A stretch of DNA of 64,000 bases, from positions 277,974 to 341,973 of the forward strand of contig BCKZ01000018.1 in NCBI GenBank assembly GCA_001600815.1, written 5' to 3'. Source of the DNA: Alloascoidea hylecoeti. Taxonomy: Eukaryota. This document shows positions 33,601 to 42,744 of the stretch, piece by piece. The notes beneath the pieces were generated by a model. The model ran no database searches, was not told where the DNA came from, and saw only the letters and a program-made list of their open reading frames with translations. The position numbers and the translations under genes were made by a program. How positions within the stretch are numbered: the stretch's first letter is position 1; every line of letters begins with the position of its first letter.

Positions 33601-34913
33601 GTAGGGGCAAGTATGATAAAGCAATGGTAATGTATAAATTATATGGAGCGAAAAAAGATACAACTAACCGTCCTGTTATATCCCCAAAAGAACTGGATCG
33701 TGCAAACGATTATCAAAAGATTGGTGAATGGTTAAGACAATCTGGTTCATTTAAAGAATCTCAATCATATTTTAATCAGGCTTCTACTACATTTAGAAAA
33801 AATATGGCAGTCGATCATAAAAGATTCCTTCAATGTAAATATGGTTATGCATGGTGTTCCACAAAAGTTGGCGGAAATCAAGAAGCACATAAGGCATTTG
33901 AACAATGTTATGGTGTATCGAAAATTGTTGAGCCTGAGACTAGCCCCTTTTTAATAGGAAGTATTCATAACCTTGCTCATATTGATTATGTTGAAAAAAA
34001 TTATGATGCGTCTCTTTCAAGATATCAAGAAGGTTATAAATTAGTAAAAAAATTAAACAATGAAAAATATCCACCAAGTGTGTTTCAAATGGGCGTTGCA
34101 AAATCTTTCTTTCATAAAGGAAATTTTAAAGAAGCCCTACATGAATTTAAAGATCTATTATCTTCTTCAAAGAAAAAAAATGGTGAAAACCATAAGTCAA
34201 CACTAAATATTAAACAATTTGTTGGAAAAACATATTATAAAATGAAAGATTATCGTCAATCTATAAAATATTTAAAGGAAGCTGAAGATGGATACGCAAT
34301 GAATAATAAGAATTCTAAATTAAAGAGAAGTGCTGATGAGCTTTGGTGTTTAGCAAATTTAGGTGCTGCTTCGGTTTTCATCAATCCTAATGAAGCAATT
34401 GAAACTCTTAGAAATCTTTTATCTCAAGTAGTGGATAATATGGACGAGATAAAAGATGAAAAACTATTGTGTTATTCATGGCTTGAATTAGGTAGAGCCC
34501 ATTATTTAAAGACGGAATACTATGAAGCTATGAAGTGTCTCAATAATTCATTTGCAGCGGTAGATAATATGGACCCAGATCTTCATATTGAGGTGTTATA
34601 TTTATTTGGCAAGATTTATAGAATATATTTCTTAAAAGACATTGCTTTCAATTGTCTTACTGAAGCTTATACCTTAAGTTTACAAACCAATGGTCCAGAT
34701 CATTTAACAACTAAAGATATTCAACAATACCTTAAACGGACCAATTCTGGTAGAAATAATATAAGCTTGCCCATTCTAAACATATTAGAAGAGAAAGGAG
34801 GTAAAGTGACCATTTTGGAAGCAGATGTCTATGACTTATTAGAAACTGCAACTCTCGTTGATATTCCAGAAGTTACTCCGATTTCCCAAACACCTATGCA
34901 GGTAGCCATATAG
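30687..34913 (+). CDS. NLR-like STAND protein: HeLo-like N-terminal domain, NB-ARC-type NTPase, TPR repeats
   Basis: PSKRNTNFCGR, Walker A GIFGIGKS, SILWIDA, Walker B-like WLLIINNMD, GHILRTTT, HPLSLQVAGIYI, IRIHP; C-terminal TPRs with GDHP/GENH/GPDH spacers. Confidence 0.9.
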   Translation: MSIRSPNKDADKLLKLVVSGFKHLDKSLEGVKNKNIDLVALDIRIDNATIYTSYTLVKYDSQIKQLSTSDAKIAIKLLKPIQGKLRKASEILIDFDEESSQILIPNFKRNSKGFGSDINYKVSQSKWSIAFKYLYNLVDEAKDKSDRFIEFMEKKNSIAAPISQPETKPRKNIIPWDDDFQAGLILPSKRNTNFCGRTAVLEKLEELFEIKSSKSYKRKSILLQGIFGIGKSQICIQYSYLNQTFYDSILWIDATDLESINKTAKQTINGIINYYLSNSIPPRSYSDIGKKFGMPKLLDSLGRITIDNKIKEAISHHDNATDIPEMYIKIQQNNNLMKAISYWLSHRKNKKWLLIINNMDKSKYPNKNLNPNLNPNLYDLIPQCGWGHILRTTTTDVKSIKTDDEKFILRIASPEDKDSLDILLKASKKSINELSNNEIISAKRIVSKLRNHPLSLQVAGIYISESYCSFTDYRRKISKTSQVLFNYTITSGRVETINNMFSVSYNSLNDNEKTFLDICGLLANQTIPKLLIQEIAIQYDSPLQNDLIYDKTVQILVKYSLILYFPVSKVIRIHPIFHNWLYNRKKNLIDTTKDASIIKSTICAFVKITSENNAETISLFYKNNNHISKSIEHFYSFFENINQSNDKDDILYLAKSLYNNLNNLCKYYEADKLSGYLIERCGGPQSLKETNNINIRNSIYGNEQIQSFYSHAILKLSIYEPQRAIQLLENCLQSQSHIQNVIPITKSIYNDNDNHSKDFPTKMHIQLALTIAYGESINLQKSIELFKESFLNIQSLDTNKNYRSNNNSSIGIIIIGLQYLEELYSNDGNHIIILETLYSVVNNYIEIAGYSDWYARVCLERCLNECQANLTGDHPILLKVMPKLGTLYFKIGEYEKALQVYNLSLKAIDNVFGRYCFEALDIVACIVECYVKLGNQEKADGMFDDVYDRFELTRLPDDRVEFYLRLGDQYFSRGKYDKAMVMYKLYGAKKDTTNRPVISPKELDRANDYQKIGEWLRQSGSFKESQSYFNQASTTFRKNMAVDHKRFLQCKYGYAWCSTKVGGNQEAHKAFEQCYGVSKIVEPETSPFLIGSIHNLAHIDYVEKNYDASLSRYQEGYKLVKKLNNEKYPPSVFQMGVAKSFFHKGNFKEALHEFKDLLSSSKKKNGENHKSTLNIKQFVGKTYYKMKDYRQSIKYLKEAEDGYAMNNKNSKLKRSADELWCLANLGAASVFINPNEAIETLRNLLSQVVDNMDEIKDEKLLCYSWLELGRAHYLKTEYYEAMKCLNNSFAAVDNMDPDLHIEVLYLFGKIYRIYFLKDIAFNCLTEAYTLSLQTNGPDHLTTKDIQQYLKRTNSGRNNISLPILNILEEKGGKVTILEADVYDLLETATLVDIPEVTPISQTPMQVAI

Positions 34914-35929
34914 GGACTTGACTTCTTGTCTTCTTATACTTAAATCTGTTTATAATCTATAAAACCTTTACCCTCAACATTTACACTAACTGAGAAAGCA
35001 ATAAGAGGGATGATGAAAGGATATATTTATTCATTTATTTGTATATTAAAAACAATTACATAGCTGAAACATTAATTCGATCTTTTCATAATTCACATTG
35101 ATATGTTTAATACCAAATTATTAGTTATAACTTATAATTCCTTATAATATGGGCCTTCTAAATAAACAATAATTTCACTCATTAATATAATTAAATTAGG
35201 CACAGTTTTTTTTCAATTAACTGTAGTCATATTGATATTCATCTCATACTTGAATTATATTTTATATATCTAAACTATACGGCAAGCTGACCATACAGTC
35301 AGGAAGAGATCAAGTATACAGGGAAACTTTAAATATCGATTCAGCAGTCAATTTTGAAGAGTTAATTGCAATTCTTTAAGTTGTTTGAAATGATAAAGAT
35401 GTAAATCATATGATTGCAAAAATCTGTTTTTCGATGTGCTACATGATATATTTTTATGGGGCCTATTTTTATTTGTATTCAATTCTTTATAATGTACCAA
35501 TTTTAACAATAACCGAAATTTCTGCAGCTTAATTGATGATGATAAACCAAGTAAAATTGTTGATGATACTTTTGGTATTTTGAAACCTATTCATAAACAA
35601 CGTCCAAATGCTGAACACTTTGTGAAATTCTTTGTTGTTTTACTCCTAATCGATCCCCTCATAAATTAATAACGGCCACTAGTACTTTCAAAAATTTATG
35701 TCAGAACACTCAACCCTCAACTGTGAACGAGAAATTTATTCGCATCATGATAATCCTTATGAGTGAGTACCTAATTCACCTTAATCTTATAAAGATGAAG
35801 TTCACAGGTTTTCAAATCAGCTTCCAAATTTGAGTTTCAAATTTTAGCATCAACCTCCTGGGGTGATCGGAGGTTCGCGTCAAGACTGAAAAATGTTTTT
35901 CGATATGCATATTATACTCATTGGTTCCC

Positions 35930-38062
35930 ATGCTAAGATCTTTCTATAGAGCAATCGCTTTAAATCCAATCGCGTCCCACCAAATAAAACCTCCAATTTT
36001 CAAATCGTTTTCGTCTTCGAGGCATGTGAATGAAGATAGACAATTAGATGAATTAGCTTCAATTTTACTTGATATAAAAGCACCCAGAAAAACTGTTGAT
36101 TCCATTATTCCTCCATATTCTAATGCTAGTTCAACAGTTGAACTAGCTTTCATACATCCAGATTCTCCGAATAAACCCGGTGATGGGGAGACTTCAAAAC
36201 GATACTGGTCAAATATAACACGCAAATTGAAAAGTTTAAACACCTCAGGTAGATATATCGATGTTCTGTCAGCAGCAAATAAACTAAAAGCATTAAATCA
36301 AATTCCACATCCTGAAGTATACTCTGAAATATTTAGTGCAATGCTGAAAATAGGGAGTAATAAATTACATTTGGTAGCACCTACAGCCCTGAAAATAGCG
36401 TATGAAATCAAAGATTTGAAACTACCTATTACGTTTGATAGTTACAACCTTTTATTGCAAATATGTAGTCAAAGTACTGACCCAACACATCTATGGCTTT
36501 TTTTAAAGTATTCTGAGGATCTTCACCTATCTAAACGTTTATATGATTTTCAAATAAAGGCCCAAATGAATCAATATGTTCATGTACCTTATGGACATGG
36601 ACTAGTTTCTGCAGTGGAGTTATATGATGAATATTCAAGAATAGAACAACGAAGGAAAATTAAAAAAAATAATGAGAATGAGGATATAGAACTGACTCGA
36701 AATCTAAGACATGGAAACTTCCTTCAAGCATTTTTACCAAAATTAATTTCTCAAGTTATCAATTATTATAACGATAGTAAGACACCTCTAAGATTATTAA
36801 AAGAAATTCATGACTATGATGTTGATATTCCTGTACATATGTATTCAGAGCTGTTATCAACTGGTCTAGCTAATGGAGATGTTGATCTGATTGGGTATAT
36901 TTATAAAGATGTTGTTAAAGATAAAGGCATGATACAATTGACAGATAGTTTATTGAAGCAAATACTGATATATGCTGGACGTGCTGGTGATAGTGAATGG
37001 GCACTTGAATTATTGAAAAGGTTATCTGACCTTAATCCTAATAATGCTAGAAATCATCACCTTGTTGCAAGCGTAATTGAAGCGTATTGCAATGGTACTA
37101 TAATGACATCAAATCCTGAGGAGGTAGAGACAACAATTCTAGAAATTTGGGGGATCATAAACACTTTCATAACGGAAGGGTCAAATTTATCAATTACAGA
37201 CTTGAATTCTACTGTTGATTTAATGAATAGGATCCATTTACCTATAAATACAGCTAAAAAGATGATAAAACATGCACAAGAACATTTTAATATTAAAACA
37301 ACAGTTTTATTGAAACGAGCTATTGTTCAACACCAAATAACTGCATCATCGTTAAGTTTTGTAATAGAAAAAACTTCACTCATGGTTAGAGAAGGTTATT
37401 TCTCGGGGTTTGGTGACATATTTGATGAAGATTTATGTCATTTACTTTTACAAAGAAGTATAAAGTTTTCAGGAACAAAACTTGTAACATTTAATTTATA
37501 CCTTGAAATGATTCTCAGAGACTTTAAGCTGTCCGAATCAGATTATACTTCACTAATTTGGGTAAATTTAAGGGGTTCTGATATATCTGGGGCATATTTT
37601 TTCTGGTCTGAAATGCTTAAACGCAACATTAAGCTAAGCGGGGAAACACAAAGGGCTTTTCATAGACTATCAACCAAAATAAATGATCCAAGGTTTGCTA
37701 AGATCAACAATTCTGTAAATAAATTCACAAGGAACTTAACCGAACTTGAGGTTGAAAGAATATTTGGACCTTTGGCCAAATATCCATCTAATACTTCAAT
37801 TTCGAACTCTTCATCTAGATATGAGGTCCTTAGATACTCAGCCATTGAAGATTCTAGAACCAGTACAAAATTAATGGGTATCATTACAAGGGACTATACT
37901 GGCGAGGAGAAGGCGATAGCAAGTAAGAACCGAGAAGAATTAAGAATTAAGTTACAACATATTACTGGGGATAGACATCTAAATTCCAGATCACGTCTCT
38001 CGTCGCATATAACTAAGGGTAATCAAAACATTTCATATAGAACCACGAACAGTTATAGTTAA
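35930..38062 (+). CDS. Probable mitochondrial pentatricopeptide-repeat (PPR-like) protein
   Basis: Presequence-like N-terminus; helical repeats such as PHPEVYSEIFSAM, ITFDSYNLLLQIC, SESDYTSLIW..AYFFWSEMLKRNIK. Confidence 0.6.
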   Translation: MLRSFYRAIALNPIASHQIKPPIFKSFSSSRHVNEDRQLDELASILLDIKAPRKTVDSIIPPYSNASSTVELAFIHPDSPNKPGDGETSKRYWSNITRKLKSLNTSGRYIDVLSAANKLKALNQIPHPEVYSEIFSAMLKIGSNKLHLVAPTALKIAYEIKDLKLPITFDSYNLLLQICSQSTDPTHLWLFLKYSEDLHLSKRLYDFQIKAQMNQYVHVPYGHGLVSAVELYDEYSRIEQRRKIKKNNENEDIELTRNLRHGNFLQAFLPKLISQVINYYNDSKTPLRLLKEIHDYDVDIPVHMYSELLSTGLANGDVDLIGYIYKDVVKDKGMIQLTDSLLKQILIYAGRAGDSEWALELLKRLSDLNPNNARNHHLVASVIEAYCNGTIMTSNPEEVETTILEIWGIINTFITEGSNLSITDLNSTVDLMNRIHLPINTAKKMIKHAQEHFNIKTTVLLKRAIVQHQITASSLSFVIEKTSLMVREGYFSGFGDIFDEDLCHLLLQRSIKFSGTKLVTFNLYLEMILRDFKLSESDYTSLIWVNLRGSDISGAYFFWSEMLKRNIKLSGETQRAFHRLSTKINDPRFAKINNSVNKFTRNLTELEVERIFGPLAKYPSNTSISNSSSRYEVLRYSAIEDSRTSTKLMGIITRDYTGEEKAIASKNREELRIKLQHITGDRHLNSRSRLSSHITKGNQNISYRTTNSYS

Positions 38063-38554
38063 TCCTTCAGGAAGGATAGATTCCAATTACAATAAGAAAA
38101 AGAAGTTTAGAAATTCTATAATTCTATAATATTTATATAAAAAGTTGTAAAATGGATGATCAAATAACGATATCAAAAAAGGTGATACATAGAGTGTTGT
38201 AAATTTAATTGCCAAAATTGTGTTTTCATATCCTAATTTATTGAATATATACAAAGGAAAGGATGCTATTTAAGTAGCTATAGCTAGTAAATTATCGGTG
38301 ATTGAGGCTAATAAATCTGGATCTATGAGGTATACAAAAAAGATGACATAAAGTTCATATCCAGATTCTTATGGAATTGGACCAATTGAACACTAGAAAA
38401 AGTTATAGTTAACGTCAAGAGGTATAAATATTTATGGTTTAAAATTTAATACACAAAATACATACCTATAATCGTTTGATTACAACACTATAGACACATG
38501 TTAAATACGTATAATTATATATTAGGTAGTAGTTATTAATTATATTAATACTAA

Positions 38555-41500
38555 TTAACTATAATCCTCATCTGATTCTGAACCAAGATATTGAGCATAA
38601 TCATCAGCAGATGCAAAGACAGGTAATTCTTTAAGTTTCTGTTTCTTTGATTTAGATTTCTTTTTAGCTTCACCTTCATTTGTATCGAAAAAGTCAAGTG
38701 CACGTTTTCTTTTTCCAGTTTTGTTTCCAGTCTCTGTTTCAGATTCAGATTCAGAATCAGATCCATCCGAAAGTACATCCAATTCAATATCTGAGTCATC
38801 ACTAATTTCATCTTCTGGATCTCCAAGAAGTTCATTAATACCTTCTTCATCTTCATCTTCATCATCATCATCATCCACTTCAATTTTAGTTTCAGCAGAC
38901 TCTTCAACGGTATCATCCTCAGGACTACTATCATTCAATTCTACCAGATCATCGGAATCAAACCCTTCATCAATATCAGAATCAAGGTCATTTAAATCCA
39001 CATCACCTTCAATGGTAGGTGCACTCTTTACCAAAGCATCCCAAACTTCTTCTTCATCCAAATCACTTCCTTCTCCTTCATCTTTTATTTTTGGACGAGA
39101 CTCACCAGATTGTTTTGAAGCAAAATATTTATAAAAAAATTGTTCATCAACTTTTACATCTTTTAATTTTTTCGAAGACCAATCTTCAGCATTTATTGGT
39201 TTAATATTTAATTTATCAGATTTAATACCCTTAGATATAAGACCAAGTCCACCATTAGTAACAGGAGCACCAGATAAAGGTTGCATAATAGATATACCTC
39301 TTGAAGCTTGTTTTTTCTTTGGATTTTTATAAACAAAACGATCAAGGAAATGTTGTAAAGAAAGTAAACTCATATCTGGTTGTGTTATTTGAGATTTATT
39401 TTTATTTTCATTGTCATTATCATCATTGTTGTTATTGTGTTTTTTACTATTATTATCTTGTTCTGTATTTTCTTCAATACCTCTAGCATAAAGCTCAATT
39501 GATGGATGAAAATGATTTTGTAACAAAGTCATTTCCCATAATGATGTTAATTCAGCATGTGCATATTTTGGATCTCTTTTACGACCATCATATGAAATAA
39601 TTTTTGATTCTTCTTTTTCATTATTATTACGAATAATTTTATTCCCATCATCATCGACATCATTAAATACTTCATCATCTGAATCATTATTATTATCATC
39701 ATCGCCAGGTATTAATTCAACACCAAACATTGATTTAATTTGAGGGAAAAATGAACTTAATCTATAAATTAAAAATAACATTCCAGTAACTGGACCAATA
39801 TTAATCCATGATGCTGAAATTTGAGAAATTCTTTTAATAAATGCAAGTACTCTATTAATATTTGAATCTGATTTTAAAGATTTAAATAAAATATTTAAAT
39901 AAATTGAAAGTTTTGAACTTGATTCTAATCTTGGATCTAATAAACTTTCATATAAAGTTTTATAAAATCTATCAGATTGAATTGAATCATTTGAATCAGT
40001 TATTAATAAACTTAAGAATTTTAATGCTTGTATACTTGTATTTAAATTACTTGAATGAGTAATTCTATATAAAGTATTAACTTTATCATTAAATTTATCT
40101 TTTGGTAAATCAGAAAATGGAAATGAACGATTAAGACCAGTTAAAATTGCAGAAATTAATTTATTATCCATTTCTTCTTGAACTGTTTCTGCATCTTTTG
40201 GTAATAATTTTTGTTTTTGTTTATTTTTTTGTGACCATCTATTTTTTTTACCATTTATTTTATTTTTATTATTTTTCTTTTCTATTGATTCATTTGATAA
40301 ATTTCTTTTTGAATCTAATTCAATTAAAATTTTTTCAAATAATGAAAAATAAACTTTAACAAGTTCATTTGCTAATTCTTGTTCTTTAACTGTTAAAATT
40401 GTTTGATTTAAAGTAACAATTGAAAAATAACGACTATGATAATCAATACCACTTCTAAATAAAAAATCTGCAATATTTTTAATTATAATTGATTTCATTA
40501 ATGGATGTTTTTGTTCTAATTTTAATAAATAAAATGATGTTCTTGATCCAACTTTTGTATCAATATCACCAAGTTTATTAATTCCAAGTCGTAATAAATT
40601 TAATTCTTCTTCAGGATTTGCTGATAATAAATCAAAAATATGTTTAACGGCACTTAATCTAATATGTTCAATTGCATCATGAGACATTACTTCTAAATTT
40701 TGTAAAAATTCAAAATAAAATTTTTTTAAATAATCTTCAAAAGCCCATAAAATTAATTCATCATCTTTTGCATTAATATGTAAATAAGGTTGATCTTTAA
40801 ACCATCTTAATTTTCGATTTGGTAATATACCACCAGTTCCATTCCCATCACCAACTAATAAATCTTTTAAAATATTTGAACCTTGTAAAGCACTTGTTTT
40901 TGATTTTTTTTTTGTAATTGAAAATAATGAATCAATTGATTTCATATTATGTAATGGAGATTCTTGAATTAATAAAGCTAATGCAGCAACTTTATCACTT
41001 AATGTACCACTTGTAATAATTTCTGAAAAAAATTTCTTTTGTGATGTTGATTTACCAAATTCATTATAATAAGATTGATTTTCTTGTTCTAATAATTCAT
41101 TTGCTTTTGTTTGAAGTCTCTTTATTTGAAAATCTACAATTGATATTGAATCTTTTGTAATTGGTGGAATTGATGGATTCATTAAAGCATCACTATCATA
41201 CCAATCACTTCTTGGTGGAACATAAAATTGATCATAAGAGAATTTTCCGGAACGAGTAATTGTTAAATCATCTTTGGTAACTTTAAAATTTGGTTTTTTA
41301 ATTTCAATTTTATTTTCAATTTTATTTTCAATTTTATTTTCATCTATTTTTTTTTTATTTTCAAATTCTTTTTTCTTTTCAGATTTCTCTTCTTTTATAG
41401 ATTCTTTTTTCTTTTCCTTTTTCTCTTCGAATTCCTTTTTCTTTTCAGATTTCTTTTCTTTTTTGGATTCTTTTTTCTGCTTAGAAACTTCCTTCTTTTG

Positions 41501-42103
41501 TGATTTTCTAGAGATCAACTTTTCAATCTCAGCTTCTTCATCAGAATCATCATCTCCATCATTCCCACTAATTCCAGATTTATCACCACGTAAACCAATT
41601 TTATTCATATATTTCGAAATATCATTTAATAAAGATTTATCAGAAGTTTTATCATCATTACCAAAGTCTTGAACAGAACCTTCATTATCAGAATTTAAAT
41701 CATCCAACATATCAACATCATCTTTAGAAGCGCCCAAATTTTCAGCTTCTTTTAATAATTTTGATTTGGAACTATCAGAATCAACGGATTTAGAAGAATT
41801 TTTTTTTTTAGATTTTGAATGAGATTCATCTTCTTTAGAAGTTTCAATATTTTTACTTTTTTTACTTTCTTTTTTCTTTTCATTCTTTGATTTCTTATCT
41901 TTTTTGTCTTTTTTGTCCTTTTTGTCTTTTTTAGTCTTCGTTTCTTTCTTCTCCTTTGGATTCTCCTTTGGATTCTCATCCTTCTTGGATTTAGTTTTCT
42001 TCACCTTCCCATTAGAATCATCGAGCAACCTTTGATTTACCTTTTCGGACAGAGAAGATAAATCCAGACCTTTGATTCCAGAAGGAATGCCAATATCGGT
42101 CAT
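38555..42103 (-). CDS. MAK21: Ribosome biogenesis protein Mak21/Noc1 (CBF/Mak21 family)
   Basis: SGTLSDKVAALALLIQESP, YDGRKRDPKY, HFHPS, FLDRFVYKNPK, LPVFASADDYAQYL; first ATG 42103. Confidence 0.96.
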   Translation of the reverse strand: MTDIGIPSGIKGLDLSSLSEKVNQRLLDDSNGKVKKTKSKKDENPKENPKEKKETKTKKDKKDKKDKKDKKSKNEKKKESKKSKNIETSKEDESHSKSKKKNSSKSVDSDSSKSKLLKEAENLGASKDDVDMLDDLNSDNEGSVQDFGNDDKTSDKSLLNDISKYMNKIGLRGDKSGISGNDGDDDSDEEAEIEKLISRKSQKKEVSKQKKESKKEKKSEKKKEFEEKKEKKKESIKEEKSEKKKEFENKKKIDENKIENKIENKIEIKKPNFKVTKDDLTITRSGKFSYDQFYVPPRSDWYDSDALMNPSIPPITKDSISIVDFQIKRLQTKANELLEQENQSYYNEFGKSTSQKKFFSEIITSGTLSDKVAALALLIQESPLHNMKSIDSLFSITKKKSKTSALQGSNILKDLLVGDGNGTGGILPNRKLRWFKDQPYLHINAKDDELILWAFEDYLKKFYFEFLQNLEVMSHDAIEHIRLSAVKHIFDLLSANPEEELNLLRLGINKLGDIDTKVGSRTSFYLLKLEQKHPLMKSIIIKNIADFLFRSGIDYHSRYFSIVTLNQTILTVKEQELANELVKVYFSLFEKILIELDSKRNLSNESIEKKNNKNKINGKKNRWSQKNKQKQKLLPKDAETVQEEMDNKLISAILTGLNRSFPFSDLPKDKFNDKVNTLYRITHSSNLNTSIQALKFLSLLITDSNDSIQSDRFYKTLYESLLDPRLESSSKLSIYLNILFKSLKSDSNINRVLAFIKRISQISASWINIGPVTGMLFLIYRLSSFFPQIKSMFGVELIPGDDDNNNDSDDEVFNDVDDDGNKIIRNNNEKEESKIISYDGRKRDPKYAHAELTSLWEMTLLQNHFHPSIELYARGIEENTEQDNNSKKHNNNNDDNDNENKNKSQITQPDMSLLSLQHFLDRFVYKNPKKKQASRGISIMQPLSGAPVTNGGLGLISKGIKSDKLNIKPINAEDWSSKKLKDVKVDEQFFYKYFASKQSGESRPKIKDEGEGSDLDEEEVWDALVKSAPTIEGDVDLNDLDSDIDEGFDSDDLVELNDSSPEDDTVEESAETKIEVDDDDDEDEDEEGINELLGDPEDEISDDSDIELDVLSDGSDSESESETETGNKTGKRKRALDFFDTNEGEAKKKSKSKKQKLKELPVFASADDYAQYLGSESDEDYS

Positions 42104-42133
42104 TATTCTGTACAATAGTTGAAATCTAAAGAT

Positions 42134-42162
42134 AATTTTTCAAGTAACATAAATTTTTTTCA
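42134..42162 (-). promoter_or_regulatory. Two RRPE-like elements upstream of MAK21
   Basis: TGAAAAATT (42142-42134) and TGAAAAAAATTT (42162-42151) on the minus strand, ahead of a ribosome-biogenesis gene. Confidence 0.55.
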
Positions 42163-42744
42163 CTTTTGGGATGGGGAGGCCGGGTAATGGCAGCATCGGG
42201 AGGGAGGGGTGTGTGGATGTTGAGTGGCACTAATCAGCTGGAAAGTGGAATAAACGAAGCAATCAATCCGTTGGTCTGAGTTGATATAATGATATCTAAT
42301 TGGATTTTTGTAGGTATTTGTGCTTTGCTGTATTTGGAGTTTTGAGAGGTTATTAACAGGGAGACAGACGTGCCTGCTGGCGTTGGTGTGTGGGACCATT
42401 CTCTACAAAATGTACCTGTGGGCCATAGCTCCGTTTCTATCCCTCCAGGTCCCCCTCCGGACCCTCCGAGTCTTCCAACGCGACGGAATACGGCTGCCAG
42501 AAGACGGCCAAGACGACCCGAGCGATCACGACATCGAGACTGGTGTTTGAACAAATGAAACTACGCGGAAACAGCAGTAATTAGTCTTAGTTAGTAAATT
42601 ATAATAACGTGTATGTTATAATATTTTTGTGTTCTCCTCTGCCACCCTCGAAATATTTAGTCCTCCAAACGTCATTCACCACCATCCTTCATTCTCCACC
42701 CAAAACCTCCAACTTCTACTTTTATCCATTCTGCTTGCCTAAAC

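Noticed and set aside
35535..35615. Possible C/D snoRNA (ATGATGA..CTGA) or NLR partner exon downstream of the NLR
   Set aside because: No proper D'/C' arrangement, terminal stem or recognisable rRNA guide; the short frame has no start or motif.
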